Part shown: positions 18,107-27,052 of the stretch, in pieces
How positions within the stretch are numbered: position 1 is the first letter of the stretch
How the letters are laid out: every line of letters starts with the position of its first letter
Virus record (IMG/VR): IMGVR_UViG_3300028025_000090
DNA from: a virus
Reading direction: 5' to 3' (one strand)
DNA length: 64,000 bases
Program-made: the position numbers and the translations under genes
The notes under the pieces: model-generated
Seen by the model: the letters and a program-made list of their open reading frames with translations, nothing else
Told to the model about the DNA's origin: nothing
The model's database searches: none

Positions 18107-18895
18107 TCAATATACCCACTGAAACAATCTATCTTCGAATAGTGTATTTCTCAATAAAGTTTCTATCGTTTTATAATCAGATTGCTGAAAAATATTGTTA
18201 TTTATATGCATCAAAAATGAATTTATACCACCAGCCATATAAGAAGAACTGGAATTTGATGTTAGCCCTGTAAGTGTTTGTGTTGTTGTGCTATAATTTA
18301 ATCCGATTGTATTTGGGTTTGAAATGTAGGCTGTTGTAGCACCAGCAACGTTTCTGGAAAATCCAGTAAATGCTACGAAATCTCTGTTATTAAAAGTTCC
18401 TATGTTACCTCTAAAAGCGGTAGTACCCTTACCTACATCGAAATAATCAAACCAAGTAGTGTTAGTTGATACAGTTCCGATTAACCAGCCACCAGCATCG
18501 ACATTGTGACCAATTAAACGTTGATTTGATGTAGAAAATAAACCACCGACACAACACATAGTGCCAGAAAAATTATTAGGCACATAAGTCAAACTTGTAA
18601 AATCGACACGAGTGGTTATACCATTCTGTGTCCACCCTAAAGCATTTGAAACAGACCCATTATAAACACCTAAACCTCCAAGACCGTATATAACATTACC
18701 TTTACCAGCATTATGAATGCTTCTCATAGGATAACACACCATTGAATTCCATAGACCAATCTTTTTAATTTCAACGACAAACTTATTAATCTGCTTTAAA
18801 TTTTCAGGTAAAATAGTAACTCCACTACCTGCCTTAACTCTAGCAGCATAAGCAATAGTATCTTTATCTAATCCATATGTTCTTGTTTTTGGCAT
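18107..18895 (-). CDS. Adhesin paralogue 4 (lectin/ConA-like)
   Basis: Shares the N-terminal W..M.CY..RS.HN.G.G....LGG block with three neighbours. Confidence 0.6.
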   Translation of the reverse strand: MPKTRTYGLDKDTIAYAARVKAGSGVTILPENLKQINKFVVEIKKIGLWNSMVCYPMRSIHNAGKGNVIYGLGGLGVYNGSVSNALGWTQNGITTRVDFTSLTYVPNNFSGTMCCVGGLFSTSNQRLIGHNVDAGGWLIGTVSTNTTWFDYFDVGKGTTAFRGNIGTFNNRDFVAFTGFSRNVAGATTAYISNPNTIGLNYSTTTQTLTGLTSNSSSSYMAGGINSFLMHINNNIFQQSDYKTIETLLRNTLFEDRLFQWVY

Positions 18896-18896
18896 A

Positions 18897-19739
18897 TTAT
18901 GGCAATCCTAATCCTTTCCCAATTGTTGTTTTAATTAAACGATACAAGTTAGCATCCTGTATATCTGAAACTAGACTATTTGTTAAAAATGCAAAAGAAG
19001 CTGTTAAGTTTAGAGGTGTATTATATCCTCCAAATCTTACAAAACTTGGAGTGGAGGTATTCCAATCGTTGCTCGCTGATCCCTGACTTACTTGATTGGT
19101 ATTAAGCGTGAAACGACCTGTTGTACCCGAGGTAAGTCTTATAGAAAAGTAATGCCGCCCTGTTCTAGTAAATGGAGTAGATGCACCACCGCCAACATTT
19201 TGCACACTTACTGAAGCTTGAAACCATGTTCCTATATATGTGCTTATGTTTTGAGCAGACGGAACTGACGATGTGCCAATAGCAAACTGCCTTCCATTAA
19301 TAGAGGTTTGAGCAGTAGCCCAATACCCAGCATTATTACCTATATCGGTATCGAGTTTTAATACTGCTCCATGAGCAACAGGAGCTACACCAATATCTCT
19401 TATAGGGGTACTAAACAACGGATTACCTGCTGTTGATCTAACAATGCCGTCTACACTCCAAGTAGCAGCATTTAATAGGGTAGCATCAGCACCTACTTGC
19501 TGACCTCCACCTAAACTTAGAGCATTAGCTCCTGATCCTATATTATGAATGGATCTAAAAAGGTAGCATACCATAGTATGCCATAGCCCTAAATCTTTTA
19601 ATCCGATAATAAAATTATCAATATCTACAGCATCACTATTAGTTATTGGACTCAATCCAATAAGTGATCTATATGTATCAACTTTATTGAGATAACGTTT
19701 GGTATCTATATCAAATGTATATTTTCTTTCTGTTGGCAT
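18897..19739 (-). CDS. Adhesin paralogue 3 (lectin/ConA-like)
   Basis: Same N-terminal block; ends LIKTTIGKGLGLP. Confidence 0.6.
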   Translation of the reverse strand: MPTERKYTFDIDTKRYLNKVDTYRSLIGLSPITNSDAVDIDNFIIGLKDLGLWHTMVCYLFRSIHNIGSGANALSLGGGQQVGADATLLNAATWSVDGIVRSTAGNPLFSTPIRDIGVAPVAHGAVLKLDTDIGNNAGYWATAQTSINGRQFAIGTSSVPSAQNISTYIGTWFQASVSVQNVGGGASTPFTRTGRHYFSIRLTSGTTGRFTLNTNQVSQGSASNDWNTSTPSFVRFGGYNTPLNLTASFAFLTNSLVSDIQDANLYRLIKTTIGKGLGLP

Positions 19740-19740
19740 A

Positions 19741-20619
19741 TTATGGCAATCCTAATCCTTTCCCAATTGTCGTTTTAATTAAATTGTAGACACCTGAATA
19801 TTCTGTTGTAGTAATAGCTCTATTAGCTAAAATCATGAGACTCATAGTCCCTTGAAAATAGTCGCCTGAACCTGTCTGTCCGTTTCTAGCACCTATTCCC
19901 ATAGTAGGAAAAGTTGTATTATTAAAAAACGGTAAAGTCTTATTACTGATTGTAGTACTTGCATTAAGAGAAGTTGCTAATCCAGATGTTGTAGCTTGAC
20001 CAAATGCGAGGTAATTAACATGCATTTGTGCTGTATTGTAAGTTAAAAGTGTTCCAGCCGCTGCATCACCTGTAGCACTTGTAGGCGACGAATTAAAAGT
20101 AAAATAATACCTCTCAGCAACGCCAGTACCAGTCAAATAAGAATGGTTTTGTACATTAATGCGCAAACCTCTTGTAGACACAGTAGCTCCATCATTACCG
20201 AGTAACGCTCTACCTGTGGTTGTGAAATCTGGTTGGTGTAAGCAGATCATGCTAAATCCTGTAACTACAGGACTATTTAAAAAGTTGGGAATTCTTATAT
20301 ATTGAGAACTAGCAGCAGTGAAGCTTATACCAGATAGCCCCCATGTAGGGCTATTCTGCGCGATCCCATCAAACTTACCTATACCGCCTAAACTTAATAC
20401 ATTTGATGTGCTTCCTATATTATGCTGACTACGTAAGGGATAAGCAATAATGTTTTGCCATAAATTTAACTGCTTTAATCCCTTAACAAAATTGTCTACA
20501 TCTGCTACATCAGTAGGAGCTAATTCTCTACCATAGGTGTATAACTTTTGAAGGTATTGCTTTGTCTCATTTTGTAACCCATATGATCTTTTCTCTGTAT
20601 TATAATATCTTTTTGCCAT
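19741..20619 (-). CDS. Adhesin paralogue 2 (LamG/ConA-like)
   Basis: IGARNG...YFQGTMSLMILANRAIT; ends LIKTTIGKGLGLP. Confidence 0.65.
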   Translation of the reverse strand: MAKRYYNTEKRSYGLQNETKQYLQKLYTYGRELAPTDVADVDNFVKGLKQLNLWQNIIAYPLRSQHNIGSTSNVLSLGGIGKFDGIAQNSPTWGLSGISFTAASSQYIRIPNFLNSPVVTGFSMICLHQPDFTTTGRALLGNDGATVSTRGLRINVQNHSYLTGTGVAERYYFTFNSSPTSATGDAAAGTLLTYNTAQMHVNYLAFGQATTSGLATSLNASTTISNKTLPFFNNTTFPTMGIGARNGQTGSGDYFQGTMSLMILANRAITTTEYSGVYNLIKTTIGKGLGLP

Positions 20620-20622
20620 ATA

Positions 20623-21567
20623 TTAGGGTAGTCCGAGGTTTGAGCCGAGGGTTGATTTGTATAAGGAGAAAAATAAGATTTGATCTGAAATTGTTATTCT
20701 CTTAGTTATTAGACCATTAAATGATATGTTACCATAATAGGGTACAGTATTTGATCCTCTATTTCCAATTTTATATGCGCCTGTTGGGAATGGTCTAGGA
20801 CCAGCACCTGGTGTGACAGTCAAATTGACTCCGTTTAAATTGATAATGGTGTCAGTATTATCTGTAGATGTTCCAATATAATAATAATTGCTACTAGATA
20901 ATGTTGCTCCAGCAGTAGTATATCCAGTAACATAATTAGTAGCACCTCCGTCATCCCCTAGTGAAGTATACCACGTTATAATCTCATTTGTTAATCCTGC
21001 CGTACTCGATCCTAATGTTATTCCTGAGAACGACTTACACCCAACAACTGATTGAGCATTACTCGAAGCAGTTATTGTAGACAATGGAGAAATGATAGTC
21101 AATGTCGTGGCGATTGAAGGTAATGTACCAACATCAATAACACCTGTAGTAGAAGTATTTGGAAATGTTATACTATTTGCTCCCCATGTTGGACCATTAG
21201 CTATTGTACCATTATAAGTTCCCAATCCACCTAAACTATATACGGTTGATCCAGTTCCAATATTCTGGTAATTTCTCAGCGACCAGCAGACCATATCTTT
21301 CCATAGATTAAGAGATTTTACACCTCTTGTAAACCAAAGCACTTCACATCTTCCTAAAGGATCAGTTACTCCTGCTCTTGTAAGATAAGCATCACCATCA
21401 GTATCATTAAATCCTAGACTAAATCTTGACCAAACACCAGATCTCTTCAAGCTCTCTACTCTATCATTGATAGTTTTTATAGTAGAAGGAGATACATTGA
21501 TACCATTCTCAGCCTGAAGACGGTTGATATATGCTTTAACTTCATTTTGTATCCCGTAGTATTTCAT
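20623..21567 (-). CDS. Adhesin paralogue 1 (LamG/ConA-like)
   Basis: IGNRG...YYGNI; ends YKSTLGSNLGLP. Confidence 0.65.
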   Translation of the reverse strand: MKYYGIQNEVKAYINRLQAENGINVSPSTIKTINDRVESLKRSGVWSRFSLGFNDTDGDAYLTRAGVTDPLGRCEVLWFTRGVKSLNLWKDMVCWSLRNYQNIGTGSTVYSLGGLGTYNGTIANGPTWGANSITFPNTSTTGVIDVGTLPSIATTLTIISPLSTITASSNAQSVVGCKSFSGITLGSSTAGLTNEIITWYTSLGDDGGATNYVTGYTTAGATLSSSNYYYIGTSTDNTDTIINLNGVNLTVTPGAGPRPFPTGAYKIGNRGSNTVPYYGNISFNGLITKRITISDQILFFSLYKSTLGSNLGLP

Positions 21568-22103
21568 TAATTAATCTTATATACTTCGACTTTAGACCAA
21601 GCACCATCAGGTGTACCAACGATTACTTGCGCGGAATTAGACGAATACGCTTGAAAGGTGAGATAATCAGTGGAACCATTTAAGTATACAATAGCATTAG
21701 CGTTTAAAAATGTATTGACCGATGCCGTGCCATTGATTGGCTGTTGAGTCAAAGCAACCGCTGATCCCGTTCTTAAAATTTGTATATTATTTTGATTGCC
21801 GCTACCTGCTGTACCTGATTGCCAAGCTATTTGATAACTAATAAAATAATAACCTGGCACTGTCGGTGTTATTCTTGTTGCAGATAATCCAAACACTGAT
21901 ACCCATAAATTAGGGTCGTTTTTAATATAATCAAATAGTATAGGAGTATCTGAAGCGTTATTAGCAGTTTTATTAGCTGATAACGATGCTGTTACAACAT
22001 AGTCTGTATTTGATGCTATATCACCTGAAACATTAAGCGATCCATTGACACTTAAACTTGTAGTTCTAGTAATACTTGGTGAACCTGAAAAGTTAATAGG
22101 CAT
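21567..22103 (-). CDS. C1q/TNF-like domain fibre protein
   Basis: ITPTVPGYYFISYQI...AIVYLNGSTDYLTFQAY. Start moved to ATG 22103. Confidence 0.65.
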   Translation of the reverse strand: MPINFSGSPSITRTTSLSVNGSLNVSGDIASNTDYVVTASLSANKTANNASDTPILFDYIKNDPNLWVSVFGLSATRITPTVPGYYFISYQIAWQSGTAGSGNQNNIQILRTGSAVALTQQPINGTASVNTFLNANAIVYLNGSTDYLTFQAYSSNSAQVIVGTPDGAWSKVEVYKIN

Positions 22104-22105
22104 AA

Positions 22106-22846
22106 TTAAACTCCCTCCCAAAAAATGTATTGATTCGATAATCCAGATAATGTATTAACTGAAATATCCCCTTTGTATCTATCATCAGAAAACTTCTCTC
22201 CTCTACCATCAAATGCTGCTGATCCTGGATATAGTATAAAGTTAAATGAGTTTTGGTTACATCCTAGACCATATTTAACATATAGTGGTTGTGTTCCTAG
22301 ATTTTGTCCGAATAGTGTGATTCTATTTGAGTTTGCTGAAAGAACCTGAGTACCTACTCCTGTTAGAGCAGTCCCTAGAGTCGCACCACTAAGATAGTTG
22401 GAAACTGAACCATAGCCAATATCAAATGTAGTAACACTATCAATATCTTTATCTAAGTCTCCTTGTAGTGCCATTGCCCCACCTGTCTGCGCATCAATAG
22501 TAATAAATGCATTTGTGCCTGTTAATGCTGGTATAGCAGATACAGAAGTGACAGGTGAGTATGAAGTTGCATCAAAATATTTTGCATAGACTGGTGATGT
22601 TAAATCATCGATAAATATCTGAAGTCTATCAGTACTCAACATTGAGGTTGTTGTAGCACTGAGAGTGAGAACATTACCTGTTAGATATCCACCCTTGGTT
22701 GGATCTGCAAAATTATAAATTATAGTATTACGTGTTACATTGGTGATCAACAAAATTTGATCTAATGTAATATTTGGATAGCTAGTAATCTGCACTCTTC
22801 CTATTGGAGATGCTGAAAAGGCATATGTTGTTGTTAAGGTCTTCAT
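22106..22846 (-). CDS. Virion fibre-connector-like protein
   Basis: ILLITNVTRNTIIYNFAD motif, as seen in T4-like fibre-associated proteins. Confidence 0.55.
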   Translation of the reverse strand: MKTLTTTYAFSASPIGRVQITSYPNITLDQILLITNVTRNTIIYNFADPTKGGYLTGNVLTLSATTTSMLSTDRLQIFIDDLTSPVYAKYFDATSYSPVTSVSAIPALTGTNAFITIDAQTGGAMALQGDLDKDIDSVTTFDIGYGSVSNYLSGATLGTALTGVGTQVLSANSNRITLFGQNLGTQPLYVKYGLGCNQNSFNFILYPGSAAFDGRGEKFSDDRYKGDISVNTLSGLSNQYIFWEGV

Positions 22847-22870
22847 TATCTTTCGTTATTTAGTATGATA

Positions 22871-24859
22871 TTATCCAACTGCAATAGCCATTGCAATAGC
22901 AAATGTTTCAGCAGCAAGTTTCGCCCCATTCGAGTATACATTACCACTGGCACTAATATTTCCAGATACAGTAAATCTCTCATTAGGTGTAGATGTATGT
23001 ACTCCAACATTAGGAAAATTTGAATTGACCCCTCCTACATGTAAAACTTCTATGTTTTGGTCAATATCGTAAAACGATGCAATATCGCCTGTTCCGCTAT
23101 TACCTACCCACATAGCTGGACCAGCACCTATATGAACAACACTTAATGCGCTGGTTACAGAGAATATAGTATTGTTAAAGGTAGTTGTTCCAGTTGCAGT
23201 TAGATTACCTTGAATAGTAACGTTGTTGTTGAATATCGTAGAACCTGTTACAGTTCCGCCAGATAGAGGAAAGAACTTAGAATTTGTGAAATTTACAGTA
23301 GCGTAGTTTGCGCTGTTAGACTGATATATAACACTGGTGTTATAAGCATCATCCCAGTTAGCACTATTAGATCTTACTAAAGTATTAACATAAGTATCAT
23401 CACCACCACCGCCGCTTGAAAATATCGTTAAAAGATCTACACCAGCAGACAAATACTGACCAGTCACATTTAGATCACCATTTATCGTGCCGCCATCTTG
23501 GTATTGAGTAGCATTTGTTCCACCACCAGAAGCATAAACCGCTACATATTTTCTTAAATCGGTTTTATAATTTTCAAATTTATCGTGAATTTTTTTATTC
23601 CAATCCTTTTCAATAGAGTCCCAATCTTTAACAATTGGTTCACCTTTTTTGGATTCTAAAATATATTCAACTGGTTTTTCATTTTTGATTTTACGAATCT
23701 CAGAAAGCAATCCATTTCTACTTTCTTGAATAAGATCTTGAAAATATTTTCTCGCTTCATCTGTAATATCTAAAGTTTCTTCCTTTACTAAGGATAATTT
23801 TTCATTGAAATATTGTGTGATTTCTTGTTCTGTTTCTGAGATTTTATTATCAAATTTCTCAGAAATCTCTAAAATTTTCTTATCGACATTTCCTACACGA
23901 GAAAGAGCTTTTTGGACACCTTTGTTCAAGGAATTATTAAGTTCAATATTGGCATCACGAATTGCATCCAATTCCTTATTAACACCTTCAATTAAAGAAA
24001 CATCAGCTTTTTCATTCAATTTATTGTTGAGATTTTTATCAATTTCTGATACCTTTTCAACAATTTCTTCTGCAATATCTTTTAATTCTTTATCAACTTT
24101 CGGGTTGATATTACTTTCGTATAATTCTTTGACTAATTTTTTAACAGACTTATCGATCAGCTTGGAAGAATTTTGAAAGTTCTTGCCAAGAGATTCATTT
24201 AGATTGTCAGCAATATCTTGAATTTTAAGATCAATACTTTCACGAATCTCATCAAATTTATAATCATTATCTGAAATTAATTCATTTTTAATTTTTCCAG
24301 AAATGATAGTAAATTCATCTACAAGATTTTCTCTTGCCGATTCCAAATATTCCTTGAGAGCTTTTTCTTTTTTTCTACTCTCATTTTTAATATCTTGAAT
24401 ATTTTTCGCTTTATTATGTTCCAAAATTTCAAGAGATTTCTTTACAGCATTTCTCTTTACTCTTTTTATTTCTTCAAGAATTTCTTGTTTTTTATCTTCG
24501 ATAATTTCAGAATTATCAAAATTTTCTTCGATAAGCTCTTTGACATCTAAATCTTCATCTTCTTCATTCTCAATATTTGATTCAAAGATTTCAACTGGTT
24601 CGCTTTCTGAATTAAAATAAATTTCTTGTTTCCCTTTCAGAAGTAAGAAAGGATATTGTGCTTTTTCGTTTCCTTCCTCTACAAGAATAGATACGATTGG
24701 ATTTCCGTTTTCTTCGGAAATCTTTTCAGCCACATATTTATTTTCGTTTATCTGCACCTCAAAAACACCGAAAAAGACTTCTTGAAAATCTTTAACTTGA
24801 AGGATGTTCAGAGGAGAGTTAGACGAGGTAATTTTTACCTCTTCGCTAAACAGTCTCAT
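22871..24859 (-). CDS. Long coiled-coil fibre/whisker-like structural protein
   Basis: ~400 aa coiled coil, YASGGG hinge, beta-rich fibre repeats; ends FAIAMAIAVG. Confidence 0.6.
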   Translation of the reverse strand: MRLFSEEVKITSSNSPLNILQVKDFQEVFFGVFEVQINENKYVAEKISEENGNPIVSILVEEGNEKAQYPFLLLKGKQEIYFNSESEPVEIFESNIENEEDEDLDVKELIEENFDNSEIIEDKKQEILEEIKRVKRNAVKKSLEILEHNKAKNIQDIKNESRKKEKALKEYLESARENLVDEFTIISGKIKNELISDNDYKFDEIRESIDLKIQDIADNLNESLGKNFQNSSKLIDKSVKKLVKELYESNINPKVDKELKDIAEEIVEKVSEIDKNLNNKLNEKADVSLIEGVNKELDAIRDANIELNNSLNKGVQKALSRVGNVDKKILEISEKFDNKISETEQEITQYFNEKLSLVKEETLDITDEARKYFQDLIQESRNGLLSEIRKIKNEKPVEYILESKKGEPIVKDWDSIEKDWNKKIHDKFENYKTDLRKYVAVYASGGGTNATQYQDGGTINGDLNVTGQYLSAGVDLLTIFSSGGGGDDTYVNTLVRSNSANWDDAYNTSVIYQSNSANYATVNFTNSKFFPLSGGTVTGSTIFNNNVTIQGNLTATGTTTFNNTIFSVTSALSVVHIGAGPAMWVGNSGTGDIASFYDIDQNIEVLHVGGVNSNFPNVGVHTSTPNERFTVSGNISASGNVYSNGAKLAAETFAIAMAIAVG

Positions 24860-24901
24860 CTTTTATATTTAGTCAAATGATTATTATGTCAATTATAATT
24901 A

Positions 24902-26044
24902 TTAAAAAACTGAAAAACCAACAGGATCGAAATCTCCGTAACCACCTTCGATTAAGAACTGTTCCAATTCTTTCTTTTCTGCGACACCTTCTGACAAAAT
25001 GGAATCACCATTGATAGAACCACCACCAGGTAAATTCACACCATTAATTTTAGTGAGAATCCTTCCCCACATGACTTTACACAAAGCAGTGGAGTATTCC
25101 AATACCCATTTTTCTTTTACCAAATCTCGAAGCGGTTTTTCCACATAACATTCCAATAAACCATAGAATGTGGTGTTTTTCGGCTGTGGTATCAAGCGTA
25201 AATATTGTGTTCTAGGATCGAAATGAATATCTCTTCTTGTGGCAAACATTTTTTCTCTGGTATCGATCCAATCTTTGACAGTATGCCAAGAAAGAATATC
25301 GAAACCATAATTCCCAAGAGAATATGCGTGATATGATTGTTGTGCCATAGTTTGCTCCACGGAGAACAATGTATTCACACCAGTCGTAGAACCTTCTTCA
25401 AACGATACGACATCAACAACTTTTCGATAATCCATGATGTCATAATCGAACATATTGTTGTATGTGCGAACATCTGCTTGTGGTTCACATTGAATAGTGA
25501 AAGGTTTTTGATAAGATTGTTGAAACAAGGAACTTAAAGAAGGATTGAATCCAACGAATAAGTCATAGGTAGCTTTATCAATAATTTGCATGGATGTAAT
25601 ACCATCGGATGGAACTACAGCACTCAAAGACGATGAAGAAGCAAAATAAGAATTTGGTATGGTAGACAAGGAAACATACAACACATCAGGAATTTTCACT
25701 TCATAATCAGGATTAGGTCCGAGTTTCTTATCATTTAATTTTTCCGATGGTGTGTATCCAGAATTTGCCACGGTGAAGAGAGTGTCCAATCTGATTCCTT
25801 TACCACTTTCATACAAGTTACTATCAAAAATTATATATTCTTTTGAATATCCAGCGTATTTCGTATAAAAATCTGTTGCCATTGAAATCGCTTCATGAAG
25901 TTGGTCATAATGCAATTCAACATTGATCATCGGATGTCCTAATAATCTCAAGATTCTTTCTCCCAAACGTTGATAACACTCGATCTTTGAATTAAGATTA
26001 GTGGACATGAAAGCTGAAATCGGTTCTATTTGACAGAGACTCAT
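24902..26044 (-). CDS. gp13: Neck protein (gp13-like)
   Basis: LGHPMINVELHYDQL; LPGGGSING...EKKELE. TAAATA 5 nt before ATG 26044. Confidence 0.85.
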   Translation of the reverse strand: MSLCQIEPISAFMSTNLNSKIECYQRLGERILRLLGHPMINVELHYDQLHEAISMATDFYTKYAGYSKEYIIFDSNLYESGKGIRLDTLFTVANSGYTPSEKLNDKKLGPNPDYEVKIPDVLYVSLSTIPNSYFASSSSLSAVVPSDGITSMQIIDKATYDLFVGFNPSLSSLFQQSYQKPFTIQCEPQADVRTYNNMFDYDIMDYRKVVDVVSFEEGSTTGVNTLFSVEQTMAQQSYHAYSLGNYGFDILSWHTVKDWIDTREKMFATRRDIHFDPRTQYLRLIPQPKNTTFYGLLECYVEKPLRDLVKEKWVLEYSTALCKVMWGRILTKINGVNLPGGGSINGDSILSEGVAEKKELEQFLIEGGYGDFDPVGFSVF

Positions 26045-26049
26045 ATTAT

Positions 26050-26067
26050 TATTTAATAAGCTAAATA
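26050..26067. promoter_or_regulatory. Back-to-back late promoters
   Basis: TAAATA on minus (26055-26050) and plus (26062-26067), each 5 nt from an ATG. Confidence 0.75.
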
Positions 26068-26072
26068 ATATT

Positions 26073-26369
26073 ATGTCATTTGAATCCAATAATGGTTCTA
26101 TTTATTATCAACTTTCTTGCGGTGTCCCCACTGTTTCAGGGTGGAACGCTAATACTAATGATGGTTCCAAATATTATTACCTATCTTCCAACGATTTCAT
26201 ACTTTGGGGTCAAAGCACTGTTTTCACTCATCCATCAGCTAATAATGGTAGTCAATATTATTTTTATGTGTGTAATAAATCGACTGATACTGGTTGGTCT
26301 GCATTGTCTAACAATGGGACTAAATTTTATTATAATTCAGCATTTAATTGTGTCAGCTTTTGCGAATAA
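26073..26369 (+). CDS. Small NNGS-YY repeat protein
   Basis: Four N(N/D)G(S/T).(Y/F)Y motifs; has its own late box. Confidence 0.7.
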   Translation: MSFESNNGSIYYQLSCGVPTVSGWNANTNDGSKYYYLSSNDFILWGQSTVFTHPSANNGSQYYFYVCNKSTDTGWSALSNNGTKFYYNSAFNCVSFCE

Positions 26370-26377
26370 ATAATATC

Positions 26378-27052
26378 ATGGATTTATGGATTTTCCTAAT
26401 GCAGAACGCGCAAACTATTTCAATTGTTATTGGATTGGTAAGCACCTTTTTGGTTTTTTTCAAAAAAATTAAAAAATTTATTATTAAAAAATATGAACAA
26501 CATAAAATTTATAGTAAATCTAAACATGAAATACCAGAAATTTTACAAGAAATTAAATTAGGAATCGGTAATTTAGATACTCGAATGAAGAATGTTGAAT
26601 ATGAAATCTCCCCTAATGGTGGTGGTTCCATGAAAGATTCTCTGAAAATTATCAAAGCAGAAATAGAAGCAATGTTTTGGTTGAACCCAAAACCATCTTT
26701 CCGAACTACTTCCAAAGCAATGAATATTCAAGTTAATGAAGCATATTGTCATTTGTGTGCGACATCATCGGAAGAATTACTTCGTTTGAATTGGAAAAAT
26801 TTCATAGAAGATGAAAGTCAATTGGACGATTACATGCGTAGATGGGAAGAATCTACCGATGCCTTTTCACAATTTGCTGGTAAATTAAAATTTAAAAATT
26901 CTCGTGGAGAATCTATGGGGGAATGGCTAGTAAAAGTTCGCCCTCTCGGATCAATAGAAGAAGGACGGGATTATTTGTGGAACGGTTCAATTTATCCGTT
27001 TGATCAGAAATCAAAAGAATGTGCTAGGAATTTTAATATTCCTCTGAATTAA
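26378..27052 (+). CDS. Membrane-anchored PAS-domain protein
   Basis: One TM helix, basic flank, coiled coil, PNGGGSMKD, then VNEAYCHLCATSSEELLRLNWKNFI (PAS core). Start moved to 26378. Confidence 0.7.
   Translation: MDLWIFLMQNAQTISIVIGLVSTFLVFFKKIKKFIIKKYEQHKIYSKSKHEIPEILQEIKLGIGNLDTRMKNVEYEISPNGGGSMKDSLKIIKAEIEAMFWLNPKPSFRTTSKAMNIQVNEAYCHLCATSSEELLRLNWKNFIEDESQLDDYMRRWEESTDAFSQFAGKLKFKNSRGESMGEWLVKVRPLGSIEEGRDYLWNGSIYPFDQKSKECARNFNIPLN

Noticed and set aside
18107-21567. Diversity-generating retroelement acting on the lectin array
   Set aside because: No reverse transcriptase and no adenine-specific template/variable repeat pair in the window; the 51-bp repeat has a single mismatch.
26080-26373. 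97-aa hydrophobic ORF in an alternative frame
   Set aside because: The 26073 frame has the TAAATA-N5-ATG signal and an internal repeat, so this one is the shadow.
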